Below are positions 37,805 to 47,305 of a stretch of DNA of 64,000 nucleotides, in pieces (position 1 is the stretch's first letter; each line of letters begins with the position of its first letter). Location: contig DAOUCU010000059.1 in NCBI GenBank assembly GCA_034431935.1, positions 2,132 to 66,131 of the forward strand, written 5' to 3'. The notes under the pieces are model-generated. The model did no database searches and was not told the DNA's origin. It was given only the letters and a program-made list of their open reading frames with translations. Source of the DNA: Dehalococcoidia bacterium. GTDB taxonomy: Bacteria > Chloroflexota > Dehalococcoidia > GIF9 > JBFMDU01. The position numbers and the translations under genes were made by a program.

Positions 37805-39199
37805 ATGAAAGTGAAGACGGAGCAACTGCGCGGGCGCTTCGCCGGAAAACTGGATGATGCGGCCGCTGGCTACATCGCTTCGATTAACTTCGACCAGCGA
37901 CTCTACAAGCACGACATCGCCGGCAGTATCGCCCATGCCCGTATGCTGGGGGAGACCGGCATCATCAAGAAGGTTGAGGCAAAAAAAATTATCGCCGGGC
38001 TTAATGCCGTTCTGAAGGATATCGAATCCGGGAATGCCAAGCTGACGGTAGAGCTTGAGGATATCCACATGAACGTGGAATCGCTTTTGGCGGCGAAAAT
38101 CGGTGACGTTGCCGGCAAGCTTCATACGGCGCGGTCTCGTAACGACCAGATAGCGCTGGACATGCGCCTGTTCGTAAGAGACGCCATTGACGAGACGGTC
38201 GGTGCTTTGAGCGCAATGCAGGAAGCGCTGGTCAACCTGGCTGAGGCCAACAGGACCGTCGTCATGCCCGGCTATACACACCTCCAGCGTGCTCAGCCGG
38301 TGCTCTTTGCCCATTACCTGCTGGCTTATTTCGAGATGTTCCAGCGCGATGTCGAGCGGTTTGAGGACTGCCTGGACCGGGTAGACGTACTGCCGCTGGG
38401 GAGTGGGGCATTGGCTGGGGTGGCTTATCCCATCGACCGCGAGATGGTGGCGAAGGAGCTGGGATTTACTAATATCAGCCGCAACAGCCTTGATGCCGTC
38501 TCCGACCGCGACTTTATTGTTGAGTATGAGGCAGCGGCGGCGCTGGTTATGGCGCACCTTTCGCGGCTGGCTGAAGAGATAGTTTTGTGGTCGTCGGCCG
38601 AGTTCGGGTTCATCGAAGTCAGCGATGCTTACGCTACCGGCTCGAGCATTATGCCGCAGAAGAAAAACGCCGATACCGCCGAACTGGCGCGTGGCAAGGC
38701 GGGCAGGGTCTTCGGCCATCTGGCGGCGGTGCTGGCAACGCTCAAGGGCCTGCCGCTGGCTTACAACCGCGACATGCAGGAAGATAAGGAGGGGCTGTTC
38801 GATACGGTTGACACGGTCGTAAACAGTCTTAACATGATGGCCAGCGTGTTAGCGACGTTGAAAGTCAACGCCGATAGAATGCGTGCGGCTGCGGCGGGTA
38901 GCTATACGCTGGCTACGGACGTTGCTGATTACCTCGTTAAGAAAGGCCTGCCCTTCCGACATGCTCATAACATCGCCGGCAATCTGGTGAAATACGCCGC
39001 GGCGAAAGGCAAAGAGCTAAAGGAGTTGACTCTTAAAGAGTACCGTTCGTTCTCGCCGCTGTTCTCAAAAGATGTGCTTGACATAACAATCGAAGCGTCT
39101 TTGATGGCGCGCTCGGTCTATGGCGGCACGGCGCCGTTGCAAGTCAACAGGGCGCTGGCCGAAGCCAGAAAACTTCTGCGAGGCGAAGGTGGTGGGTAG
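37805..39199 (+). CDS. argH: Argininosuccinate lyase
   Basis: Internal ATG at 37805 ([14 protein letters not shown]...). Fumarate-lyase signature [12 protein letters not shown]. The ORF-track extension from 37592 overlaps argG and is rejected. Confidence 0.9.
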   Translation: MKVKTEQLRGRFAGKLDDAAAGYIASINFDQRLYKHDIAGSIAHARMLGETGIIKKVEAKKIIAGLNAVLKDIESGNAKLTVELEDIHMNVESLLAAKIGDVAGKLHTARSRNDQIALDMRLFVRDAIDETVGALSAMQEALVNLAEANRTVVMPGYTHLQRAQPVLFAHYLLAYFEMFQRDVERFEDCLDRVDVLPLGSGALAGVAYPIDREMVAKELGFTNISRNSLDAVSDRDFIVEYEAAAALVMAHLSRLAEEIVLWSSAEFGFIEVSDAYATGSSIMPQKKNADTAELARGKAGRVFGHLAAVLATLKGLPLAYNRDMQEDKEGLFDTVDTVVNSLNMMASVLATLKVNADRMRAAAAGSYTLATDVADYLVKKGLPFRHAHNIAGNLVKYAAAKGKELKELTLKEYRSFSPLFSKDVLDITIEASLMARSVYGGTAPLQVNRALAEARKLLRGEGGG

Positions 39200-39860
39200 G
39201 AAAATCAAACTGGCGCCGTCAATTCTTTCGGCCGATTTCAGCCGGCTGGGTGAGCAGGTTGAGGAAGTTGCTAGGGCCGGTGCCGATTATATTCACCTTG
39301 ATGTTATGGATGGTCACTTTGTGCCGAATATCAGCTTTGGGCCGGCAGTGGTCGAGGCGGTCAGGGGAGTGACCAAAATGCCGCTCGATGTGCATCTGAT
39401 GATTTCGAAGCCGGAGAACTACGTCGCCCGGTTCGCCGAGTCGGGGGCAGATATCATTACCGTGCATGTCGAGGCCTGCCTGCATCTGCACCGAACGGTC
39501 CAGCAGATAAAAGACTTGAAGGTGAAAGCCGGCGTGGCACTCAACCCGGCGACGCCACTCATTTCAATCGAGGAAATCCTGCCGATGGTTGACCTGGTGC
39601 TACTGATGTCGGTCAATCCCGGCTTCGGTGGGCAGAAGTTTATCCCTGAGAGTTTTGGTAAGATTAGAGCCCTTCGGGAAGCGCTCGACGAAAACCGGCT
39701 GAAGGCGGAAATCGAGGTTGACGGTGGCATCGGGCCGGAAAACATCGCCGCTATAGTTAATGCCGGAGCGAGGGTAATTGTCGCCGGTGCGGCGGTATTC
39801 AACAACAAAGAGAGCGCCACAAGGGCGCTCCTGAGACTGAGGAAGGCGGCCGCCGGCTAG
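39189..39860 (+). CDS. rpe: Ribulose-phosphate 3-epimerase
   Basis: GTG start 11 nt inside the argH 3' end. Motifs [27 protein letters not shown] and [12 protein letters not shown]. Confidence 0.85.
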   Translation: MVGRKIKLAPSILSADFSRLGEQVEEVARAGADYIHLDVMDGHFVPNISFGPAVVEAVRGVTKMPLDVHLMISKPENYVARFAESGADIITVHVEACLHLHRTVQQIKDLKVKAGVALNPATPLISIEEILPMVDLVLLMSVNPGFGGQKFIPESFGKIRALREALDENRLKAEIEVDGGIGPENIAAIVNAGARVIVAGAAVFNNKESATRALLRLRKAAAG

Positions 39861-40045
39861 CGGACCAGCCGTTGCTGGCTGCGGATGCAGCGGGTGCAGA
39901 AGTTGCCATGGACCGGCTTACCATCAATGATGAGGGTTGCAGGGTGGATATTCGGCATCCAGCGGCGCCGGGTATGAACTTTAGAGTGGCTCACGTTACT
40001 GCCGTACACGGGAGCTTTGCCGCAAAGGTCACATTTGGTGTTCAC
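39857..40045 (-). CDS. rpmB: 50S ribosomal protein L28
   Basis: 62 aa. [28 protein letters not shown] is a bL28 signature. Confidence 0.85.
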   Translation of the reverse strand: MNTKCDLCGKAPVYGSNVSHSKVHTRRRWMPNIHPATLIIDGKPVHGNFCTRCIRSQQRLVR

Positions 40046-40224
40046 AGGACGAACCTCTTTACCTTGGACTAACTTCTGTTGTAATATAAGTCACAATGGC
40101 GGATATGATACCACACCGCGGTTGGCGCTAGCAACAATCCACAGCTAGGGCGCTTGGTCTTCTACAATTGTTCAACGTGCGTCTTCTATTCGCGTGCTAA
40201 TTAGCGGCCCTGGTAAGGAGAACT

Positions 40225-41862
40225 ATGAAAGCAACAATCGAAACCGGGCAGGAACTCCGCGATATGTTCGGGGCCGCTGCCAGATGGCTTGAGAAGAGTG
40301 CCTCCGAAGTCGATGCAATTAATGTGTTCCCGGTGCCTGATGGGGATACCGGCACCAACATGCTCTTTACCATGCGCTCCACTATGGAAGAGGCGTTTCG
40401 CGCTCCGGACCACAGCACTGCTCAGGTGATGAAGGCGATGGCGCATGGGGCCTTGATGGGTGCCCGGGGTAACTCTGGAGTAATCCTGTCCCAGGTCTTT
40501 CGCGGTTTGGCCAAGAAGCTGGGCGACAAAGACGGCATCGGCCCCAAAGAATGGGCAGAGGCGCTGGGGGAGGCTTCTCGAACCGCCTATCAGGGTCTTT
40601 CGCGTCCGGTAGAGGGAACCATACTGACAGTCATGCGTGATGCGGCTGAGGCAGCCACAGCGGCGGCGGAGAAGGGTGGCGTTACCTTAACTGAAGTTAT
40701 GGAGGCTGCAGTGGAGGCGGCGAAGAGGTCGGTAGCCAGGACGCCTTTGCTCCTTCCAGTACTGAAAGAGGCCGGGGTTGTGGATGCCGGGGGACAGGGA
40801 CTGTATATTATTCTTGATGGTGCTTTACACTATATGCGTGGTGAGGCCGATGAGCTACAGTACCGTCGGCCGCAGCTGGTCGCCGCTGCGGACCCGATGC
40901 CGCCAAAGGTGACACCGCTGACTGGTGTTAAAGAAGAGCCTTACGGCTACTGTACCGAGTTTATTATCACCGGCGAAAAGCTCGATGCTGACCGCATCAG
41001 AAAACGTCTTGACCGGAAAGGGCAATCCCTGGTGGTTGTTGGGAATGAAAATGCGGTCAGAGTGCATATACATACACTCGACCCGGGCGCCATCCTGCAC
41101 TGGGCGGTCTCCTTGGGTACTCTGCATCAGCTCAAAATACAGAACATGGATGACCAGCACGTTGATTTCATAGAGATGCAGAAGGAAAGACTGCCGACCC
41201 TTGATATTGGAATTGTTGCGGTGGCCGCTGGCCAGGGCATTACCGAACTGCTTCAAAGTCTCGGCGCCTCCGCCATTGTTCCCGGTGGTCAGACAATGAA
41301 CCCTAGTGTCAGGGATATCCTTCAGGCAGTGGAGACGGTCCCATCAGATAAAGTCATTATCCTGCCGAACAATAAAAACATCATCCTGACGGCCTCTCAG
41401 GTACACAACCTGACTTCAAAAAAGGTAGCGGTTATCCCGACCAAAACGATTCCCCAAGGCGTGGCGGCTTTGCTGGCCTTTAACTACGAAGGCAATCTCG
41501 AGGAAAACACCAGGGCTATGGAAGCGGCGGTAAAATCGGTGCGGACAATTGAGGTGACCAGGGCGGTGCGTTCGACGCGGTTCGACGGGCTGAGGATAAA
41601 ACGCGGGCAGTACATTGCGATTGTCGATGATGAAGCGCTCATCGCCAACGATGACGAGATAGAACCGGTGATTCTCCGTGCCCTGCAGAAGATGGTATGT
41701 GGGAACGTCGAAGTGATTACACTCTACTACGGGGCTGACAGTCAGGCGTCGCAGGCAGAAGGGATAGTCCAGCAGATACGTCAGAAGTATCCGCAGGTGC
41801 AGGTGGAACTGGTCCGTGGCGGACAGCCGCATTACAATTACATAATATCTCTGGAAGGATAA
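40225..41862 (+). CDS. yloV: DAK2 domain fusion protein YloV (DhaL-like N-terminal domain plus C-terminal domain)
   Basis: 545 aa. Dak2 motifs (PVPDGDTGTNM, GARGNSGVILSQ). AAGGAG lies 6 nt upstream. The rpmB/yloV/degV/recG neighbourhood is conserved in Firmicutes-like genomes. Confidence 0.85.
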   Translation: MKATIETGQELRDMFGAAARWLEKSASEVDAINVFPVPDGDTGTNMLFTMRSTMEEAFRAPDHSTAQVMKAMAHGALMGARGNSGVILSQVFRGLAKKLGDKDGIGPKEWAEALGEASRTAYQGLSRPVEGTILTVMRDAAEAATAAAEKGGVTLTEVMEAAVEAAKRSVARTPLLLPVLKEAGVVDAGGQGLYIILDGALHYMRGEADELQYRRPQLVAAADPMPPKVTPLTGVKEEPYGYCTEFIITGEKLDADRIRKRLDRKGQSLVVVGNENAVRVHIHTLDPGAILHWAVSLGTLHQLKIQNMDDQHVDFIEMQKERLPTLDIGIVAVAAGQGITELLQSLGASAIVPGGQTMNPSVRDILQAVETVPSDKVIILPNNKNIILTASQVHNLTSKKVAVIPTKTIPQGVAALLAFNYEGNLEENTRAMEAAVKSVRTIEVTRAVRSTRFDGLRIKRGQYIAIVDDEALIANDDEIEPVILRALQKMVCGNVEVITLYYGADSQASQAEGIVQQIRQKYPQVQVELVRGGQPHYNYIISLEG

Positions 41863-41879
41863 AACAGGAGGACAGCGTT

Positions 41880-42788
41880 GTGGTCAAGATTGTGACGGAT
41901 ACCCTTTCGGATCTTCCGGCAAGCCTGATAAAAGAACTCGGGATAAGCGTCGTCCCTTTGAATCTGCATTTCGGTACCGAGGTGTATCGGGATACGGTAG
42001 ACATCACAACGGATGTTTTTTACCAGAAGCTGATGAGCAAGCAGGTATTTCCGACCACTTCGGCACCAGGCCCCGGTATTTTCGTGGAGTTGTACAATCA
42101 GTTGGCCAAAGAGACGGATGCCATAGTCGCTATCATGACATCGCGCAAAATAAGCGCCGTTGGCGAAAGCGCCATGCAGGCCAAAAACATGGTCAAGCTC
42201 GATGCGCGGATTGAGGTGATTGATACCCAGCAGGTTGCTGGTGCTCTGATGCTTGTGGTCATTACTGCTGCCGAAGCGGCTAAAGCCGGTGCTAATTTCG
42301 AGCAGGTGGTGTCTCTGGTGAAAGACACCGTACAGCGGACACATGTACGCATGGCGTTCGATACGCTGGAGTATCTGAGGCGCGGTGGTCGCATCGGCAA
42401 AGCGCAGGCGCTTCTTGGCAGTCTCTTGAAGATCCATCCTGTGCTTGGCCTCAAGGACGGTGAGGCGTTTCCTCATCATCGGGCCAGGAACCGGGCGGGC
42501 GCCGTGGATTTTCTGGTAAATTTCGCCCGCGGCTTCGCCAAGATTGAGAAGATGGTCGTTGAAGATGCCACCACGCCACAGGAAGCGGATGATCTGGTTG
42601 ATCGTCTTGCAGCCTTCTATCCCAAGGAGCGCATCTACCGCGCCAAGGTTAGTCCGGTCTTCGGCGCTCACGTCGGGCCGCATGTTCTCGATGTGGCGAT
42701 TATAGAGGGGAAGAAAGAAGCCGGCGATATCCCGGTACCGGCTGCCCAGAAGGCGAAGGGCCTCTCTCCGTCTCCAGCTATCCTCTGA
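41880..42788 (+). CDS. DegV family fatty-acid-binding protein
   Basis: GTG start with AGGAGG 8 nt upstream. DegV N-terminus KIVTDTLSDLP and TSAPGPG motif, 302 aa. Confidence 0.85.
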   Translation: MVKIVTDTLSDLPASLIKELGISVVPLNLHFGTEVYRDTVDITTDVFYQKLMSKQVFPTTSAPGPGIFVELYNQLAKETDAIVAIMTSRKISAVGESAMQAKNMVKLDARIEVIDTQQVAGALMLVVITAAEAAKAGANFEQVVSLVKDTVQRTHVRMAFDTLEYLRRGGRIGKAQALLGSLLKIHPVLGLKDGEAFPHHRARNRAGAVDFLVNFARGFAKIEKMVVEDATTPQEADDLVDRLAAFYPKERIYRAKVSPVFGAHVGPHVLDVAIIEGKKEAGDIPVPAAQKAKGLSPSPAIL

Positions 42789-42803
42789 CGAGGATATTGT
42801 CTC

Positions 42804-45266
42804 TTGATTGTGCCTGTAGAGCCGCTGAAAAGCATCCTCCAGCTTGAGCAGAAGCGGCACTATGATAACGGAGCGGTCATTGGAGGGCTTGATGGCTTTG
42901 TGTCGAGATGGGCCGCTCAGGTGAGCCAGCGGAGGGTCGGGCCGCGTTTTCTTGCACGTCTCAAAAAGCTTGAGCTAACCCGGCCCAACTATGCCTCATG
43001 GGATGTCGAAAAGCGGCGCAAATGGGTGGAGCGCCTTCTAGCATGGCTGGCGGTCGCCGAGGACGAGGCACAGCAGTCCGCTACGGTTTCGTCTAAAGCA
43101 CCGCCTTTGTCTCGTCCAACAAAGCCGGTCGTGTGGCGTGCCATACCGGACGCCGGTCTCAATGCGCCTATTGCCAGCGTGAAGGGCGTTGCCTCGGGTG
43201 TTGGTGGTAAGCTGTCGCGTCTCGGAGTCAGAACGGTACGGGACATGCTCTATTTCTTCCCACGGCGTCATATCGATTACAGCAACCGGCGCTTCATTGC
43301 CGATTTGAAGGAGGGTGAAGAGCAGACCGTCGTGGCTACAGTGTGGCAGGCCAGCAGTGAGTTTCTTGGCGGCCGGCGTGGTACGGTGGCGGTGGTAGGT
43401 GATGAGACCGGGAACATGCGGGTGGTGTGGTTCAATCAGCCGTACCTTGCCGAGCGTCTACGGACGAACTCTCGAATTGCCATCAGCGGCCGGATAACGG
43501 TGTATCGTGGGATCAAGCAGTTTGAGTCTCCTGAATGGGAGTTCATCGGTGATGCTGATGAGGACCTGCTTCATACCGGTCGCCTCGTGCCCGTCTACCC
43601 GCTGACCCAGGGGCTTTTCCCCAAGCAGATGCGTCGTTTGGCCAAGACGGTGGTCGATGGGTGGGCCGACCGTGTGGTGGACTTCATGCCGGATGCAATT
43701 CGGGAAAGGTGTCATCTGGCAGGACTGTCCTGGGCGATCCGACAGGCGCATTTCCCCGATTCCCATGAGACTCTGGGTGGGGCCAGGCGTCGGCTGGCCT
43801 TCGACGAGCTGTTTCTTTTCCAGATGGGTGTTCTTGGGCGAAAGAGGGAGTGGCAGGAAAGCCAGCCGGGTAGTCCGCTATCGGTTGACCGTGGACTGGT
43901 TGACCGGCTGGTAGCCAGTCTGCCGTTTAGCCTGACCAAGGCGCAGGCGAAGGCGCTGGATGAGATTCTAACCGACATCCAGAAGCCCAAGGCGATGTCG
44001 AGGCTCCTTCAGGGCGAGGTCGGTAGTGGTAAGACCGTGGTGGCAGTAGTGGTGCTGATTGTGGCGGTAGCTAACGGTTGTCAGGGCGCATTCATGGCGC
44101 CCACCGAGATACTCGCTGAACAACACTTCAACAGCGTTTGCCAGTTTTTGAAGATGCTGGGCGGTAGAGAAGAGGAGAGTGAGGCTAGTATGCGTCGCTA
44201 TCACGGTGTCCTAGATAGGCCGGTGGTCGTGGCGCGCCTGGTGGGTGCGCTTTCGGCTAGAACCAAGAAGGCTTTGCATCAACAGGTTGAAGACGGTGAA
44301 GTGGGAATCACTATCGGTACGCATGCCATCATTCAGAAGGACGTATCTTTCAGAAAGCTGGGACTGGTAGTTGTTGACGAACAGCACCGCTTCGGCGTGG
44401 AACAGCGCTCGGCGCTGCGCCAGAAGGGTTTTAACCCGCATGTGCTGGCGATGACGGCGACACCGATCCCGCGCACCATGGCCCTAACTTTGTACGGTGA
44501 TCTCGACCTATCGGTCATCGATGAACTGCCTCCTGGCAGACAGAGGGTGAGAACGAGGTGGGTATACCCGGAGGAACGTCCTAAGGCATATGATTTCGTC
44601 CGGCGCCAAGTAGCCGAGGGCCGACAGGCGTTCATCATCTGTCCTTTGATTGAGGAGTCTGAAGCGGTGCAGGCCAGAGCCGCAGTCGCTGAATACGAGC
44701 GTTTGTCCGGTGAGGTTTTTCCTCAGCTGCGTCTGGGACTGCTTCATGGGCGCATGTCGGCTGAAGACAAGGAAAGTGTTATGGCTCAATTCCGTGCCGG
44801 CGATCTTGATATTCTTGTTTCCACGGCGGTGGTCGAGGTTGGTATTGATGTCCCCAATGCCACGGTTATGCTGGTCGAGGGCGCTGATAGGTTTGGCCTT
44901 TCTCAGCTTCACCAGTTCCGCGGTCGAGTGGGTCGCGGCCAGTATGCCAGCTATTGTCTCCTGCTAGCGGAAAACCCGTCTGAGGAAGGCAGGGAACGCC
45001 TGAGGCTGATCGAGCGGGTTCATAACGGATTCCTGCTGGCGGAAGAGGACCTCAAGATGCGAGGCCCTGGAGAATTCTTTGGGACGCGCCAGAGCGGACT
45101 AGCCGACTTTCGCATGGCGAAGCTGTCAGACGTGGCCTTGCTGGAGCTGGCAAGAACTGAGGCGATGTCGCTGTGGAAGGATATGCGTCTCATTAAGAGC
45201 CCTGAGTATCAGCCTTTGATGGCGGAACTGGCACGGACCTGGCCCGGCGTGGCCGAGTGGAGCTAG
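42804..45266 (+). CDS. recG: ATP-dependent DNA helicase RecG (about 110-aa N-terminal extension)
   Basis: 820 aa. Wedge-domain region, Walker A GEVGSGKTVVA, DEQHRFGV, and the TRG motif region. TTG start with GAGGA upstream; an alternative GTG lies at 42810. Confidence 0.9.
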   Translation: MIVPVEPLKSILQLEQKRHYDNGAVIGGLDGFVSRWAAQVSQRRVGPRFLARLKKLELTRPNYASWDVEKRRKWVERLLAWLAVAEDEAQQSATVSSKAPPLSRPTKPVVWRAIPDAGLNAPIASVKGVASGVGGKLSRLGVRTVRDMLYFFPRRHIDYSNRRFIADLKEGEEQTVVATVWQASSEFLGGRRGTVAVVGDETGNMRVVWFNQPYLAERLRTNSRIAISGRITVYRGIKQFESPEWEFIGDADEDLLHTGRLVPVYPLTQGLFPKQMRRLAKTVVDGWADRVVDFMPDAIRERCHLAGLSWAIRQAHFPDSHETLGGARRRLAFDELFLFQMGVLGRKREWQESQPGSPLSVDRGLVDRLVASLPFSLTKAQAKALDEILTDIQKPKAMSRLLQGEVGSGKTVVAVVVLIVAVANGCQGAFMAPTEILAEQHFNSVCQFLKMLGGREEESEASMRRYHGVLDRPVVVARLVGALSARTKKALHQQVEDGEVGITIGTHAIIQKDVSFRKLGLVVVDEQHRFGVEQRSALRQKGFNPHVLAMTATPIPRTMALTLYGDLDLSVIDELPPGRQRVRTRWVYPEERPKAYDFVRRQVAEGRQAFIICPLIEESEAVQARAAVAEYERLSGEVFPQLRLGLLHGRMSAEDKESVMAQFRAGDLDILVSTAVVEVGIDVPNATVMLVEGADRFGLSQLHQFRGRVGRGQYASYCLLLAENPSEEGRERLRLIERVHNGFLLAEEDLKMRGPGEFFGTRQSGLADFRMAKLSDVALLELARTEAMSLWKDMRLIKSPEYQPLMAELARTWPGVAEWS

Positions 45267-45282
45267 AAGACTGGCCGCCGTA

Positions 45283-45311
45283 TTGGACTTATGATGGCTT
45301 TCGTGTACAAT
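45283..45311 (+). promoter_or_regulatory. Putative sigma70 promoter upstream of the small ORF and argS
   Basis: -35 TTGGAC (45283-45288), a 17-bp spacer, and -10 TACAAT (45306-45311). Confidence 0.4.
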
Positions 45312-45359
45312 AGGCGTTCAAAGCACGTGCCGGAGCGCCAAGAAAGGAGGGCCTATATC

Positions 45360-45443
45360 ATGCCCCGCTGTGGTTGTGGAGCCTCCAAGAAGACAGCTGC
45401 GTCGAAAGGTGAGGCCAAAAAGACAGCTTCCAAGAAGTCCCTC
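45360..45443 (+). CDS. Hypothetical small protein (27 aa, MPRCGCGASKKTAASKGEAKKTASKKSLK)
   Basis: Strong SD AAAGGAGG 9 nt upstream of the ATG. A promoter-like element lies upstream and a perfect 13-bp hairpin immediately downstream. Lys-rich with an N-terminal CxC. No family recognised. Confidence 0.35.
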
Positions 45444-45460
45444 AAATAGTATCCGGTAGA

Positions 45461-45491
45461 GTGAGTGCCGCTGCGTCACAGCGGCACTCAC
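45461..45491 (+). other. Perfect 13-bp stem-loop between the small ORF and argS (terminator- or attenuator-like, no T-tract)
   Basis: GTGAGTGCCGCTG-cgtca-CAGCGGCACTCAC. Confidence 0.5.
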
Positions 45492-45502
45492 TTAATCCTT
45501 GT

Positions 45503-47161
45503 ATGTTGAGACGAAGAATAGCTGAATCCCTTGAGGTGGCGGTCCGCACGGCGCAGGAGCGCGGAGCTATCGTTCCCACGACGCTCCCGGAGTTGCTGGT
45601 AGAACGTCCTCAGGATCCCAAACACGGCGACTATGCCTCAAGCTTGGCTTTGAAGCTGGCAAGGGCGACACGTGCCAACCCGATGATAATTGCCGAGAAG
45701 CTTGCTGAATTGCTGCCCCCTATCGCTGGCGTGGAGCGCGTGACTATTGCGGCTCCAGGGTTCATCAATTTCACGATTTCCGGCAAGTGGCTGACGGAGC
45801 AGGTGAATGTAGTCCTCAAGCAGGGGGATGCTTATGGCAATGTGCCTCTCGGCGGCGGTAAGCGTGTGCAGGTCGAGTTCGTAAGTGTGAACCCGACAGG
45901 TCCACTGCATGTCGGCCACGGACGCGGCGCGGTATTGGGGAGTACCCTGGCTAACGTACTAACCGCGGCCGGTTATGATGTTGAGAGAGAGTACTACGTC
46001 AACGACGCGGGTACCCAGATAGACAACTTCCGGATTTCACTGTACGTGCGTTATCAGCAATGTTTCGACCGTGATGTGCCGATGCCTAACGAAGGGTATT
46101 TCGGCAAATACATGGTCGAACTGGCAAGGGATATTGCCTCATCCGAAGGTGACCGATTCTTGAGGATGCCGGAGGACAGAGCCATCTGCGAACTTGGGGC
46201 GATTGGTCTGAGCAGGATGGTCGATGCTATCAGGGATGAGCTGGATCGACTGCGCGTCAAGTTCGATACTTGGTTCAGCGAGCATGACCTGTATCAGGGT
46301 GGTCAATGGGATCGGGCTATGGACATTTTGAGGAACGGGGGATATGTGACCCAGAAGGAGAATGCCATCTGGTTCGTTTCCACGGCGCTTGGCGAAGACA
46401 GGGACAACGTTCTGGTTCGTAGTAATGGTTCGCCGACTTATTTTGCTTCGGACGTTGCCTATCATTACAACAAGTTCCTGGAGAGGAAATTCGACCAGGT
46501 CATTAATATCTGGGGAGCGGATCATCAGGGGCATGTATCGCGGATGAAGGCAGTGATCGGCGCCCTTGGAGTTTCCCCGGAGCGTCTAAAGGTGATTATC
46601 ACCCAGCTTGTGACGCTGCGGCGCGGCCAGGAAGTAGTAAGGCTATCCAAGCGCAGCGGGGACATCATTACTCTGGCTGAGGTCATGGATGAGGTCGGAG
46701 TTGACGCTTGCCGGTTTGTCTTCCTTTCCCGTTCCGCCGACAGCCAGATGGACTTTGACCTGGAACTGGCCAAGAAGCAGTCAGTTGAGAACCCGGTCTA
46801 CTATGTCCAGTATGCCTATGCCCGTATCGCCAGCATCCTCCGGCTGGCCCAAGAGCAGGGTATTAACTTCGCTGACGGCGACGTTTCTCTGCTGACGAAC
46901 GATGCCGAACTAGCGCTCCTTCGTGAGATAGTAAGATTGCCGGAATTGATAGAAATGATGGCCGCCAGGCTCGAACCGCACCATCTTCCGCATTATGCCC
47001 AGGACCTCGCTACCATTTTTCACAGCTTTTATCAACAGTGCCGCGTGATCTCCCCTGATCAGGCGGTGACCAAAGCACGGCTCAAGCTGGTTATGGCGGC
47101 GCGTATAGTCCTTGCCCGAGTATTGGATCTGATGGGGATGACTGCGCCAGAGCGCATGTAG
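45503..47161 (+). CDS. argS: Arginine--tRNA ligase
   Basis: Class I aaRS with HVGH (PTGPLHVGHGRG) and the KMSK-like SKRSG region, plus the DALR anticodon-binding C-terminus. The ATG at 45503 was chosen because it lies after the hairpin; the ORF-track GTG at 45461 sits inside the stem. Confidence 0.9.
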   Translation: MLRRRIAESLEVAVRTAQERGAIVPTTLPELLVERPQDPKHGDYASSLALKLARATRANPMIIAEKLAELLPPIAGVERVTIAAPGFINFTISGKWLTEQVNVVLKQGDAYGNVPLGGGKRVQVEFVSVNPTGPLHVGHGRGAVLGSTLANVLTAAGYDVEREYYVNDAGTQIDNFRISLYVRYQQCFDRDVPMPNEGYFGKYMVELARDIASSEGDRFLRMPEDRAICELGAIGLSRMVDAIRDELDRLRVKFDTWFSEHDLYQGGQWDRAMDILRNGGYVTQKENAIWFVSTALGEDRDNVLVRSNGSPTYFASDVAYHYNKFLERKFDQVINIWGADHQGHVSRMKAVIGALGVSPERLKVIITQLVTLRRGQEVVRLSKRSGDIITLAEVMDEVGVDACRFVFLSRSADSQMDFDLELAKKQSVENPVYYVQYAYARIASILRLAQEQGINFADGDVSLLTNDAELALLREIVRLPELIEMMAARLEPHHLPHYAQDLATIFHSFYQQCRVISPDQAVTKARLKLVMAARIVLARVLDLMGMTAPERM

Positions 47162-47272
47162 CCGTTATCTACGCATCAATCCTACCTACTATCTACCAGG
47201 ATTTTTTATGCTACCTATTGCTTTTCGGTAAAGTGATGTTTAGAATAGCTTTACAGTCAGCTGTATGGCAAC

Positions 47273-47305
47273 AATGACCGGCCGTATCAGCGCCGGACGG
47301 TCATT
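47273..47305 (+). other. Inverted repeat immediately upstream of the MFS-like ORF
   Basis: AATGACCG-(17 nt)-CGGTCATT, 8-bp arms. Confidence 0.25.

Noticed and set aside
41838-42860. 340-aa ORF antisense to degV
   Set aside because: DegV on the plus strand has clear family motifs and a good RBS. The antisense ORF has no recognisable features.
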